A stretch of 63,902 bases of DNA, filler included, from Octopus bimaculoides (Eukaryota), in the NCBI RefSeq assembly GCF_001194135.2. It is 7 parts of 7 records of this genome, joined end to end, with 100 filler letters (N's around TTAATTAATTAA, not from the genome) between each part and the next. Parts side by side here need not be neighbours in the genome. Positions count along the whole stretch, not along the records: positions 25,492 to 32,782 come from NC_068983.1; positions 32,883 to 53,463 come from NC_068998.1; 5 more parts are not named here. One strand, given 5' to 3'. The position numbers and the translations under genes are program-made. The notes under the pieces were generated by a model that did no database searches, had not been told where the DNA came from, and worked only from the letters and a program-made list of their open reading frames with translations. Of the stretch, positions 28,625-40,957 are shown one piece after another. The first letter of the stretch is position 1, and each line of letters begins with the position of its first letter.

Positions 28625-28826
28625 AATGTTTGACTTTTGTTTTGCATTTGTACAAGTTGGATCCAAGTCTCACACAGATACCCCAAGAGACAACAAGTTA
28701 GAAGTTCATGTAGGTGTTATGCCTAGGGTACCATATATTTGGATTTGTACAGTTTTGTTCAAGTGAATGTTTAAGAAACCATAAGAAAATTATGTGTTTG
28801 CTTTAAAATTTGAGATCACATAGACA
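28625..28826 (-). mobile_element. Retroposon 3'-end fragment inside (TTA)n, probably the 3'UTR of an R4/Dong-like element
   Basis: Shares TTTGTACAAGTTG..CCAAGTCTCAC...CAAGAGACAACAA with 45722-45800. (TTA)n on both sides. Confidence 0.55.
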
Positions 28827-30161
28827 GTATTATTATTATTATCATTATTATTATTATTATTATTATCGTAGTCATTTTTATTTAATGTGTCCTTCCGTCT
28901 GTTAGAGAGTTGGGTGAGATATGAGGGTGCTTTCCAGCTATTTTTAGTAAGCTGAAACGTAGAGGCAGTGAAGTCTTCATAATAGTTCATTTCGCAACAC
29001 TTCTTCCTTGTATTACTCAAGTAAAAAAAAAGAAGTTCAAGTTATAAAATTACCAAATTACCTCACTTGTAAAACTGAGCAAATCTTAAGACAAAGCAGA
29101 ATAAGATTTTCCTTAATAGATGCCAGGAATATTTGGTTGGTAATCAAATAATAAATGATGGATAAGTTTTTTGTATTAGCTGGTGTTGCTGTTCTTGATG
29201 TTGTTAAATCTATTTCGCATATTTTTTCATCTTTTAATATAACAGTTTTGCATAAGAGAAGCGAAAGCAAAAGCATGCCTGGGGCTTTTACCAAGGAGGC
29301 TTAGAAGCATTAGCGATTAATTTAAAACAACAGACATAAAATAAAGTTAAAAAGTTAATTGATTCAAATCCTGAAACCTTTGTTGTTTGAGTTTTGCCGC
29401 AGGAAAACGAAATTATAAATTTGGTTCTCTCTGAGAAAATAAAAATTAATAATAAAAAAGCAAATACAACTACATCATTAAAACAATAAAACAAATCAGT
29501 ATATGGTCAAAAATGAAAAAAATAAAAAGATAAAAATGGACGACCTTTTGCCATATGTTTTAACAATGTAAAAGTTTTTAAAAAATGGCAAATAAATCAA
29601 ATATTCACTTTATAACTGAGGGTAGTAAAAAAAATAATATAAGTGACAAATGCAGAGGAAACTTTCCGTTCATGTAAAAATGTCTCAAACGTCTTGTTAA
29701 GCTTTCCTCTCTGATTCCGCTATAGCTGCCAGTTGTATTATGATTCAATTTGTCGAAATATTGAAGAAGAAATAAAATGATGTTAGGTAGATGCGATTTA
29801 TAAAGTTTACAGCAACGTACAAGAAGTTGACCATGTATATTTTATATCCAGCCTTGTGGTGTAGTGGCAGTAATGATATAAAATATACTGCAAGTGTTTT
29901 AATCCCAAGATAATTCTATTGAGATATATGAATACCTCAATAGGAAGTAACAAATCATTCCAGTTTCATAGCGCTGTCACTGCTTACTATGATAATTGTT
30001 TCCATCCGGTGCTATTTGCTTTCATTTAGCTGCTATTAACACTTTGTCTTAAATGTCTTAGCAACGGACACATGGTGGCGTTAGTGATATGATATAAAAC
30101 TTATTGGCTGTCCGACACTTGGCTTTATCCATTATCCTTAATTGCATTATGCATATTCAAA

Positions 30162-30447
30162 TTCAAATCCAGATACTACAACCATCTTCCGACCTTTAGG
30201 CACCGCGAGAAGAGACATGCAACAACCCTCTCGGCATTAATCTGGAACTTAAAGGACGAAAACATCAATTACAACATCAAATGGAAAATCCTCTCCAAAA
30301 CAAAGCCCTGAATTACCGGGTCAAAAAGATGTTCGATATGTCTCCCCCTTAAAATATCATATAAAAACTTCTAAACCTCCAATAAATGTGTAAACTCCAG
30401 GAAGGGGATATTTTCTTTATGTTCGCATTTTAAAAATATAAATTTTA
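30162..30447 (+). mobile_element. Penelope-like element remnant, C-terminal part of GIY-YIG endonuclease
   Basis: FKSRYYNHLPTFRHREKRHATTLSALIWNLKDENINYNIKWKILSKTKP*ITGSKRCSICL, then after a frameshift VNSRKGIFSLCSHFKKYKF*. Matches the PLE pattern FKxRYxNH...TxLSxxIWxLK...IxWxIL...CxxCL...NxR...CxH. Confidence 0.82.
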
Positions 30448-30526
30448 ACGGAAATTAAAGATAGACCAACGGACACATCAAAAAACATTTCTATTTGGCT
30501 ATTGTAATTTTGATACGCGTAAGACA

Positions 30527-30563
30527 CTGGCTATATTTCGTGTAGGGCTAGCTACCTCTTCTG
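30527..30563 (-). ncRNA. Hammerhead-like motif just downstream of, and antisense to, the Penelope remnant
   Basis: Minus strand CAGAAGA-GGTAGCTAGCCCTACAC-GAAATATA-GCCAG: GTAG/CTAC stem II and ATAT palindrome. The 5' arm of stem I is missing. Confidence 0.3.
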
Positions 30564-30971
30564 TGTTTTTTTCTCTCTCTCTCTTTCTAGATACGCGTTT
30601 CCATTCAAACATCAACTGCTTCGAATGCAGTTAACAAACCGTCTGGTTGCTTTGAACAGCATGAAAAATGGCAAAATAAATTAATATTTCTACCGAGAAA
30701 CCCTGGGTAGGTGTATTACACAAAATTTGCAGTCTTTATTATAATATCCTTTCTCACTTAGCTGATCAACTGCTATACTACTTCTTGAAACCTTACCACT
30801 CAGTATGTGTGTATGTGTGTGTGTAATATATGTATATATATATATATATATGTATATAAATGTATGTATGTATATATATGTATATAAATGTATGTATCTA
30901 TGTATGTATGTATAGGTATTTTCAGCATCACACTTTTCAGGTGCTGTTCAGGCCAGAGCTTTAGTGGTAAA

Positions 30972-30974
<3 letters not shown>

Positions 30975-31054
<80 letters not shown>

Positions 31055-31056
31055 TC
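30975..31056. repeat. (TTTC)n microsatellite
   Basis: Seen directly in the sequence. Confidence 0.97.
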
Positions 31057-32021
31057 ACCCCCTCTCTCTCTAGCACTCTATGTATGTATGTATGTATGTT
31101 TGTATGTTTGTATGTATAATGTGTATATATGACCTATGAATTAGGCAAAAGTGCACGCCACATAGGTGTGCTGCTGCGAAGGTGAAGGTCTCTGAAAGCG
31201 TACAGCTGCACTCTGTTGGAACTGTCTGTCTGATGATATTTTATCTCCGTTTACCTGTACAAACTCACATTCACAGCCAGCCTGGTTGGCCAGTCTTTGA
31301 TGTTCTGTAAATAGGGTTTAGGGTCTCCTCCTCCTCCTCCTCCTCCTCCTCCTCNNNNNNNNNNNNNNNNNNNNNNNNNNNNNNNNNNNNNNNNNNNNNN
31401 NNNNNNNNNNNNNNNNNNNNNNNNNNNNNNNNNNNNNNNNNNNNNNNNNNNNNNNNNNNNNNNNNNNNNNNNNNNNNNNNNNNNNNNNNNNNNNNNNNNN
31501 NNNNNNNNNNNNNNNNNNNNNNNNNNNNNNNNNNNNNNNNNNNNNNNNNNNNNNNNNNNNNNNNNNNNNNNNNNNNNNNNNNNNNNNNNNNNNNNNNNNN
31601 NNNNNNNNNNNNNNNNNNNNNNNNNNNNNNNNNNNNNNNNNNNNNNNNNNNNNNNNNNNNNNNNNNNNNNNNNNNNNNNNNNNNNNNNNNNNNNNNNNNN
31701 NNNNNNNNNNNNNNNNNNNNNNNNNNNNNNNNNNNNNNNNNNNNNNNNNNNNNNNNNNNNNNNNNNNNNNNNNNNNNNNNNNNNNNNNNNNNNNNNNNNN
31801 NNNNNNNNNNNNNNNNNNNNNNNNNNNNNNNNNNNNNNNNNNNNNNNNNNNNNNNNNNNNNNNNNNNNNNNNNNNNNNNNNNNNNNNNNNNNNNNNNNNN
31901 NNNNNNNNNNNNNNNNNNNNNNNNNNNNNNNNNNNNNNNNNNNNNNNNNNNNNNNNNNNNNNNNNNNNNNNNNNNNNNATATATATACATATGTTGTTGT
32001 TGTTTGTTCCTTCTCCAGCCA

Positions 32022-32302
32022 TACCTGGCTCATAAGTGCCGGTTTCCTGGTTTCATTGGCGTATATGTTCCCCACCTGGACGGGACGCCGGTCCGTCGCA
32101 GGTGAGCTGCAAGATGCAGGAGGAAAGAGTGAGAGAAAATTGTGGCGAAAGAGTCTGCAGAAGTTCGTCATTACCTTCTGCGGGAACATTGTGGAGCTTG
32201 GGTGTTTCGCTCATTAACATACACATCGCCCGGTCTAACATTCGAACCTGCGATCCCTCGACTGCGAGTCCGCTGCTCTAACCATAAAGCCATGTGCCTC
32301 CA
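32022..32302 (-). mobile_element. tRNA-derived SINE, family D (C-like head, V-domain-like tail); a tail-only copy lies at about 57390-57545 (+)
   Basis: Head GTGGAGGCACATGGC...GGTTCGAATG. Tail GACGGACCGGCGTCCCGTCCAGG is shared with GATGGACTGGCGTCCCGTCCAG at about 57465. Confidence 0.7.
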
Positions 32303-32737
32303 CACACACGCACACACACTCGTGCGTGCGCACACACATACACAGACATATTTATATGTTGAGGTATATGGCATACGTGTATGTACATGTGCGCAAGTAT
32401 GTAAATTAAACACCTGTGCATATCGGTGCATTTATACATGCATCTAAGTATATATGTGCACGTGCATGTGTGTGCATGTGTACGTGTGTCTACACATGCG
32501 GATACATGGTTCTACGAACATGCCTGGCCATCATTATACATACATTCCCTCGCAAATGACAAACACCGACACGCACATGTACGCCCATACACGCATACCA
32601 ATATCTCTCATATACTCACACACATACACATATATACACATATATATACACGCATGCTCAAACATACTCAAGCATGAATAGATGCTGACTAGTGGGTTTT
32701 TATGATAGAATCACATAAAATATAAAAATCATGTTAG

Positions 32738-32782
<45 letters not shown>

Positions 32783-32882
32783 NNNNNNNNNNNNNNNNNN
32801 NNNNNNNNNNNNNNNNNNNNNNNNNNTTAATTAATTAANNNNNNNNNNNNNNNNNNNNNNNNNNNNNNNNNNNNNNNNNNNN

Positions 32883-33246
32883 CGGTCTCGTGGTCATAGG
32901 ATCGCGGTTTCGATTCCCAGACCGGGCGCTGTGAGTGTTTATTCAGCGAAAACACCTAAAGCTCCACGAGGCTCCGGCCGGGGATGGTGGCGAACCTTGC
33001 TGTACTCTTCCACCGCAACTTTCTCTCACTCTTCCTTCCTGTTTCTGTTGTACCTGTATTTCAAAGGGTCAGCCTTGTCACACTCTGTGTCACACTGAAT
33101 ATCCCCGAGAACTACGTTAAGGGTACACGTGTCTGTGGATTGCTCTGCCACTTGCGCGTTAATTTCACGAGCAGGCTGTTCCGTTGATCGGATCGACTGG
33201 AACACTCGGCGTCGTAAGCGACGGAGTGCCAACAACAACAACAACC
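32883..33246 (+). mobile_element. SINE family C with (CAA)n tail
   Basis: Homology to 19766-20146. Confidence 0.87.
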
Positions 33247-33248
33247 AT

Positions 33249-33605
33249 ATTGATGAGACAAATGAGAGAAAGAGAAGGAAATAAACTGAACTAGTGGGGC
33301 TATGCCAAAGCAGTTCATGGCAAGCAAGGTGTTATTCCATTGTGGTGAGATGCAAAGAGTTAGAAGGCCAATCCATCTACGAAGCTCACGAGATGCTGGG
33401 GATCACAGGCACCAGTAAGTGGAAGGCCATCATGTTGGCTACGGAAACATCAGAGGTTGCTCCAAGGTAAGGGCAGTCCTATAAGGGATATTATTAAATT
33501 AACTGTACATAAACCAGGCTTGATCAACCCCGGATGGGGTCCTTGGATAAGGGTGTCTGATTGTTGAAAAACCTGAATTAGCCAATGATCCAAGTATGCA
33601 CCAGT
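33249..33605 (+). mobile_element. HERO-like (R2-group, REL endonuclease) non-LTR retrotransposon 3' fragment
   Basis: IDETNERKRRK*TELVGLCQSSSWQARCYSIVVRCKELEGQSIYEAHEMLGITGTSKWKAIMLATETSEVAPR* fits the EExxERKxxKY..LV..C...W.ARC.P.EVGC pattern. The downstream GATCAACCCCGG...AGGGTGTCTGA.TGTTGAAA resembles HERO 3'UTRs as I recall them. Confidence 0.72.
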
Positions 33606-33661
33606 AGTGGTGACTCCATGTACATCACGCGATGGTGAATGGAAAAATTTTGCATTTATAT

Positions 33662-33882
33662 ATACTCTTTTACTCTTTTACTTGTTTCAGTCATTTGACT
33701 GTGGCCATGCTGGAGCACCGCCTTTAGTCGAGCAAATCGACCCCAGGACTTATTCTTTGGATGCCTAGTACTTATTCTATCGGTCTCTTTTGCCGAACCG
33801 CTAATGTTACGGGGACGTAAACACGCCACCATCGGTTGTCAAGCGATGCTGGGGAGACAAACACAGACACAAAAACATATAC

Positions 33883-33900
<18 letters not shown>
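33662..33900 (-). mobile_element. SINE family B, 3' half (remainder in a gap)
   Basis: Homology to family B tail. Confidence 0.82.
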
Positions 33901-33941
<41 letters not shown>

Positions 33942-34566
33942 NNNNNNNNNNNNNNNNNNNNNNNNNNNNNNNNNNNNNNNNNNNNNNNNNNNNNNNNNNN
34001 NNNNNNNNNNNNNNNNNNNNNNNNNNNNNNNNNNNNNNNNNNNNNNNNNNNNNNNNNNNNNNNNNNNNNNNNNNNNNNNNNNNNNNNNNNNNNNNNNNNN
34101 NNNNNNNNNNNNNNNNNNNNNNNNNNNNNNNNNNNNNNNNNNNNNNNNNNNNNNNNNNNNNNNNNNNNNNNNNNNNNNNNNNNNNNNNNNNNNNNNNNNN
34201 NNNNNNNNNNNNNNNNNNNNNNNNNNNNNNNNNNNNNNNNNNNNNNNNNNNNNNNNNNNNNNNNNNNNNNNNNNNNNNNNNNNNNNNNNNNNNNNNNNNN
34301 NNNNNNNNNNNNNNNNNNNNNNNNNNNNNNNNNNNNNNNNNNNNNNNNNNNNNNNNNNNNNNNNNNNNNNNNNNNNNNNNNNNNNNNNNNNNNNNNNNNN
34401 NNNNNNNNNNNNNNNNNNNNNNNNNNNNNNNNNNNNNNNNNNNNNNNNNNNNNNNNNNNNNNNNNNNNNNNNNNNNNNNNNNNNNNNNNNNNNNNNNNNN
34501 NNNNNNNNNNNNNNNNNNNNNNNNNNNNNNNNNNNNNNNNNNNNNNNNNNNNNNNNNNNNNNNNNN

Positions 34567-34614
<48 letters not shown>

Positions 34615-35213
34615 CATACTGTCATATTTTGGGTTATATTGTCTTGCTGTTCTTGACTCTGCATTATACATAACATGTATGTATAGATAACATATTTGTA
34701 TATGTGTGCGGTGGGGGGTGAGTGCACTTGATCATATACGCGTGTGTGGTGGGCGTGCACTTGATTCCATATGTCTGTGTACGAAAATATATGTTTGTAT
34801 ATATATCTCAGTGTTTAAATGTATGAAGTTGTTAAAGTATATGTGTGTGTGTGTGTGTGTGTGCGCGTGTGAATGCTCGTACGCTTCAATCTATCATCTC
34901 TTTCTAGTTTTTTTTTTGCCACCATTGCATTGGGCAATGGTACCATGACTACCACCTCTGCTACAACTACTACCCCCACTACTAAGTCTACTACTACCAC
35001 CACCACCACCTTCACATCCGTTCTACGCTTTCTTTCCTCCATTTTCCTGTAAATTTTTCTTTCGTTTCTTCAGACATTTAAATAGAAAAAGAATCAATAA
35101 TTATTTTTAGACTTTAGTTATTAACGTAACAAATTTGGTTCAGTTTTTACTGACCTTTGTTAGCGTTCTTGTTGTTACTGCTGTTGCTTCTGTTGTTGTC
35201 GTTATTATTATTA

Positions 35214-35256
<43 letters not shown>

Positions 35257-36229
35257 TAGTAGTAGTAGTAGTAGTAGTAGTNNNNNNNNNNNNNNNNNNN
35301 NNNNNNNNNNNNNNNNNNNNNNNNNNNNNNNNNNNNNNNNNNNNNNNNNNNNNNNNNNNNNNNNNNNNNNNNNNNNNNNNNNNNNNNNNNNNNNNNNNNN
35401 NNNNNNNNNNNNNNNNNNNNNNNNNNNNNNNNNNNNNNNNNNNNNNNNNNNNNNNNNNNNNNNNNNNNNNNNNNNNNNNNNNNNNNNNNNNNNNNNNNNN
35501 NNNNNNNNNNNNNNNNNNNNNNNNNNNNNNNNNNNNNNNNNNNNNNNNNNNNNNNNNNNNNNNNNNNNNNNNNNNNNNNNNNNNNNNNNNNNNNNNNNNN
35601 NNNNNNNNNNNNNNNNNNNNNNNNNNNNNNNNNNNNNNNNNNNNNNNNNNNNNNNNNNNNNNNNNNNNNNNNNNNNNNNNNNNNNNNNNNNNNNNNNNNN
35701 NNNNNNNNNNNNNNNNNNNNNNNNNNNNNNNNNNNNNNNNNNGTGGTGGTGGTGGTGGTGGTGGTGTTGGTGGTGGTGGTGGTATCAGTAGTAGTACTAG
35801 TAGTAGTAGTAGTTGTGGAGGATAATGATGATGATGATGAGAGTGTAGGTGAAGTAAGTGTTGTTCCTGCTGCTGTTGTTGTTACTGTTGTTGTTTAGCT
35901 GCTGTTGTTGCTGCTACCACTTCCGGTCAGTGTCTGATCGAATAGACGTATGTTAAAATTGTATGACCATCCCGCCTATTTTATTTGTTTATTTATTTAT
36001 GTATTTATTTATTATTTATTTATTATTTTTTATGCATATTCAATGATTTAAATTATTCAGTACGCCCTTTGTGATTTTAGAGAGAATTTTATTTCTGTTT
36101 CTTGCAAGTCGTGCGACCGTATAGAGACCCTGTTGTGGTGTAATCCCAAGTTATCCCTGATCGAGCAGTCTTTTGACACGCAGATAATCTGCTGAACGAC
36201 GAGGCACCGCCTACAGATCCATAATCCTA

Positions 36230-36870
36230 GTTATATCTCCGTGTTACTTAGAGGACCATAATGGACACACCAGTTGGTCATATTGCACTCATTTTACTGT
36301 TCAGTCAATTCTTGTACGCCATTAGACTCTGGTGCTGACTATACTGGAGTTGGACAAGGTAGACTTAGTCACAATGCAACAGTTGCTGTTCCTCTGCCTT
36401 TACTGTTTGTAGTTCGCATCCCAGCACAGTGGAAGTGGGACACTGAAGCTACTAATGTTACAGCTGTTTCTGTCTGTATTTCTAGGTGTATTTCTGGATT
36501 AAGTAGAAGAGATGTGGAGGAAGATAATGCTTGAAAGAAGTGCTGCAAATGTGCTCTAGACTTCTACAGGTAGTTTGTCGTGTAGCGACTAAAAATTGTA
36601 GGAGTGAAGCTTGTCATGAGAATAAACTATACCCGTCGCATATCCAGATACTCTTTCACTTATAATATGTTTGGTTCGTTATGTTGGCAGTCTACGTACA
36701 GTCTATGACGAGGTGTAGATAGTTGGTTTGTTCTATGTAGTTTATTGATGTTTGATGTAGTGAGATTAGGAGTCCGGTAAGGACTAGTATAGTCTATGAT
36801 GGATCTGATATACTGTTTGTCCAGTTTGTTCACTGTTCTTTCTGTTGGTCAAACGGGGTGACTACGAGCG
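36230..36870 (-). mobile_element. Highly decayed I/Jockey-group-like LINE 3' fragment
   Basis: Minus strand KQYIRSIIDYTSPYRTPNLTTSNINKLHR (post-RT motif Y..YIRS.IDY.SP), then a degenerate TLS...RID...CPL zinc-knuckle region with stops. Confidence 0.55.
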
Positions 36871-36974
36871 CTCTATGTGTGTGTCGTTTTCTTGTCTGTG
36901 TTTTCAATGAACGTTACGAATGTGGTAGAGATATTTCTTTGTATCTCTCAGTATTCTACTTTCTGTGTGTGGAT

Positions 36975-37385
36975 AGGCGCAGGAGTGGCTATGTGGTAAG
37001 TAGCTTGCTTACCAACCACATGGTTCCGGGTTCATTCCTACTGCGTGGCACCTTGGGCAAGTGTCTTCTACTATAGCCTCGGGCCGACCAAAGCCTTGTG
37101 AGTGGATTTGGTAGGCGGAAATTGACAGAAGCCCGTCGTATATATGTATATATCTATATGTATGTGTGTGTATATGTTTGTGTGTCTGTGTTTGTTCCCC
37201 CAACATCGCTTGACAACTGATGCTGGTGTGTTTACGTTTCCGTAACTTAGCGGTTCGGCAAAAGAGACCGATAGAATAAGTACTAGGCTTACAAAGAATA
37301 AGTCCTGGGGTCGATTTTCTCGGCTAAAGGCGGTGCTCCAGCATGGCCGTAGTCAAATGACTGAAACAAGTAAAAGAGTAAAAGA
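36975..37385 (+). mobile_element. tRNA-derived SINE, family B (full length, internal microsatellite)
   Basis: GGCGCAGGAGTGGCT.TGTGGTAAG head, CCTTGGGCAAGTG body, internal (TA/TG)n and a GAAACAAGTAAAAGAGTAAAAGAG tail. Confidence 0.88.
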
Positions 37386-37491
37386 GGTATATGTGTATGA
37401 AGCAAAATGAAGAACAGCAAGGAAATATAATTCTCTGTGTGTGTGTGTGTATTTGCGTGTGATATGTCTGGTCGCAATATGTTTAGGTTAC

Positions 37492-37710
37492 AAAGGCGGC
37501 AAGCTGACAGAATCGTTAGCTCACCGGGCAAAATGCTTAGCGGTATTTCATCTACCTTTACGTTCTGTGTTCAAATTCCGCCAAGGTCGACTTTGCCTTT
37601 CATCTTTTCAGGGTCGATAAAATAAGTGCCAGTTGAGTACTGGGATCGATATAATCGACTTAACCCATCCTCGAAATTTCTGGCCTTGTGCTAAAATTTG
37701 AAACCAATAT
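37492..37710 (+). mobile_element. SINE family A
   Basis: Homology to family A, with A and B boxes. Confidence 0.82.
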
Positions 37711-38185
37711 GTTTAGGTTACATACATCGAAGGTTGGTTATATCTGATGTTCTTACTTGTTGATAATAAAGAGGCGTTGTTATTGGCAGTGATGTTGGAG
37801 CATCTGTTGTTATTTATTCCACAAATCCTACCATAACCATCCACTCTTATTAGGATTACATTATCAAGGGTGTTCTTCCTTTTTTTTACAAGATCGTAAA
37901 GTATAATTTGAGAGATATTTTGTAGTTATTTCTAGCAAGTCGAGTAACCACGTAGACACTCCCACATTAACTTGTGTAATTGCTTTCGTTGTTCCTGACG
38001 TTGTAATTACTGCTGCTGCTGCTTCTGCTGTTATGCTGTTGTTTTTGGTGGTGGGGGGGTTAGATGCTGTGTCCCACTCTCCTGTCCCCACCAAAAAAAA
38101 AAACTCTTTCTCTCTTTCCATTTCTGGTTACTTCAGCCATGTAGCCACGCACGTGGATTTTTCCTTCTCTGGACTTTTCCGTTTT

Positions 38186-38223
38186 CCTTTCTGACGAAGA
38201 ACTATACACGAAACGTTAGAAAC
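38186..38223 (+). ncRNA. Degenerate minimal hammerhead-like motif
   Basis: CCTTT-CTGACGA-A-GAACTATACAC-GAAAC-GTT-AGAAA: intact core boxes, decayed stem II. Same flanking context as the 43957 copy. Confidence 0.5.
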
Positions 38224-38348
38224 CCACTCTTTTTTCTACCTTTACTGAGCGTCAAGCTAATACATTCCATGTGTACGTCCTCATACTATTTTGTTATTGT
38301 CTTTTATATATATATATATATATATACAAACGGACATGTACATACATG

Positions 38349-39034
38349 TATGATGGGGTACCCAAAAGAAACCTGAATTTTGCAATATCATTTTATCCAC
38401 TTAGTTTTACGTTTATACTTTTACTGCCTTCAAAGTATTCTTTGACGCTTCCGTCGTTTTTTCTTCGCCTCTTTTACATCTGCAAAGCGTTTTCTTTAAG
38501 GGCTTTTTTCATTCGGTGGGGGGGGGGAGTCGCAGGAATGGAGAGTATGGATAAGCTGGCTCATGCCATTTTTGGCCAAAAACTGTCTCACACTCAAGGC
38601 GGTGTGCGCAGGAGCATTGTTGTGATGAAACCACCACTCACCACTTTGCCATAGGTCGGGGCGTTTTCATAACACCACGTCTCACAAATGCTACAGAACT
38701 GCCAAGTAAAATGTCTGGTGAACAGCTTGACGAGGAGAAACGAATTCTGTGTAAACAATTCCTTTCGCATCGATGAAACAAATCAGCATCGTCTTGACGT
38801 TGGACTTCACTGGACACTCGTTTTGAGGACGTGGTGACAACGAATGCTTGTATTGACTTGATTGCCCCTTCGTTTCTGGGTAGTAACAGTAGCACTAGCT
38901 TTCCTCACCAGTGATGGCCTTCGAAAAGAGGTCCGGATCAACTTGCGACTGTTCTTTCAGTTCCCGACACTCATTCAGTAGCGACTGCTTTTGATCTTCC
39001 GTGAACAAGCGAAGCACAATTTTTTTCTTCATGA
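38349..39034 (-). mobile_element. mariner (DD34D-type) transposon remnant, cut by a gap
   Basis: Minus strand ITGEES*CYCYYPETKGQSSQYK, KTMLICFIDAKGIVYTEF and WWFHHNNAPAHTALSVRQFLAKNG. TIR-like end TA-TGATGGGGTACCCAAAAGAAACCTGAATT at 38349. Confidence 0.85.
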
Positions 39035-40957
39035 NNNNNNNNNNNNNNNNNNNNNNNNNNNNNNNNNNNNNNNNNNNNNNNNNNNNNNNNNNNNNNNNNN
39101 NNNNNNNNNNNNNNNNNNNNNNNNNNNNNNNNNNNNNNNNNNNNNNNNNNNNNNNNNNNNNNNNNNNNNNNNNNNNNNNNNNNNNNNNNNNNNNNNNNNN
39201 NNNNNNNNNNNNNNNNNNNNNNNNNNNNNNNNNNNNNNNNNNNNNNNNNNNNNNNNNNNNNNNNNNNNNNNNNNNNNNNNNNNNNNNNNNNNNNNNNNNN
39301 NNNNNNNNNNNNNNNNNNNNNNNNNNNNNNNNNNNNNNNNNNNNNNNNNNNNNNNNNNNNNNNNNNNNNNNNNNNNNNNNNNNNNNNNNNNNNNNNNNNN
39401 NNNNNNNNNNNNNNNNNNNNNNNNNNNNNNNNNNNNNNNNNNNNNNNNNNNNNNNNNNNNNNNNNNNNNNNNNNNNNNNNNNNTCTCCCGATGGCTTAAA
39501 TTTTTATTACCCATTAATCGGTGAAAAATGGTCATAAAATGATACAGTAGAAATAAAGGAAAAGAGAAAAATCACTGTCGGTTATCTCAAGCAAAATGTT
39601 ATTGTTTTCAATCTCAGATAAAGTCTGATTCACAAGGTCTAACGACCAAAAATGCGTCAGCTAGCTATGACTGTCATGTCTTGTTTCCAAACTCCGTACA
39701 TAGTGTATTTTAAATTACATTATCCAATGTATTATTCGTATTCTTCTTTAAAAAAAAACAGTAGGGTACTGTTAAAAAAAACAGTAGGGTCTCTACACCG
39801 ACCTTTGTTTGTTTGCCTCCCCACCGAGATCAAGTATTGTTGTTCCTCTCCCAGATCAGACCAGATTGAGTAGGTATTTCTATCAAAGGTGTCCCAGCCC
39901 TGACCATCTCTTTTATCAAACAAACTGTATCTAGCATTGCAATTTCCACTGTCCTTCCTTCTTTAGAGAGTACAGTGTAATTTGGGGAAAATTTAGATGC
40001 TAATTCGAGAAGGTTGATTGAGAATGTAAAGCAGTGATTCTAGACGTGGGTGGTAGGAGCGAGGAGCCATAGGCGGGGGCTTTCAAATGCTCTGATTTTC
40101 AAAGATATTTTCATTTTTTTATTCTGTGTGGGGAAAAGTCTTGATACTCTATATTACATTGATGAAATGACTCGTGTGCAAGTAGGTTTTTGATGACGAT
40201 CAACATGTGGGCAGCAATGTTTTGGGGTGTATTTAACTCTGTCGAAACATAGCGAGGAGACGTTGAAAGAGAGCTAGTAAAAGAAAAGGATGGTAGTTTT
40301 CAAAAATAGTTTGGGAAGCATTAATGTGAACGCTCTTTCCTTAACTCGCCGGCCTCATATTATTATTTGTAGTTGTTGCTGTTTTGCTCCGAGAGTAACA
40401 CTGACCGAAACAGGCTAACAACAAAAATTGCTTCAACAGTGATAATGAATAACTTAAAGCCTAAAAGCTCGCTTACCAAATCGTGTAATATCAATCTGTG
40501 TTAATTAAAAGATTTCAAGTCATTTATTTGTCATGAAGAGAAAAATGGTCGTTTTCAAACTGGTCAACGTCCGAATTGTATAAGTTGATTCGGATTGTTT
40601 TAACCGATTTTATATGTTGCTTACATCATATTTATTTATTAACTTATTTATATATTTACTTATTTATACGTTTATTTATTTATACATTTATTTATTTCGA
40701 TCATTCCGTTTAGAATGGTCCTTCGCGCTGTTGAAGTTCTTCAGGAAGTGAAAGCTGCCAGCAAATACATTAGTCGCGGCTATATGATACGTGTGTATGT
40801 GTATGTATGTATGTATGTATGTATGTAGGTAGGTAGGTAGGTAGGTCGGTAAGAAGGTTGGTAGGTAGGTGCATATGCACGTACGTATGTGCACATGTAT
40901 TTATATACGTACGTGTGTGTGTGTGTCTGTGTGTGTGTGTATATATATAGTGTGCGT

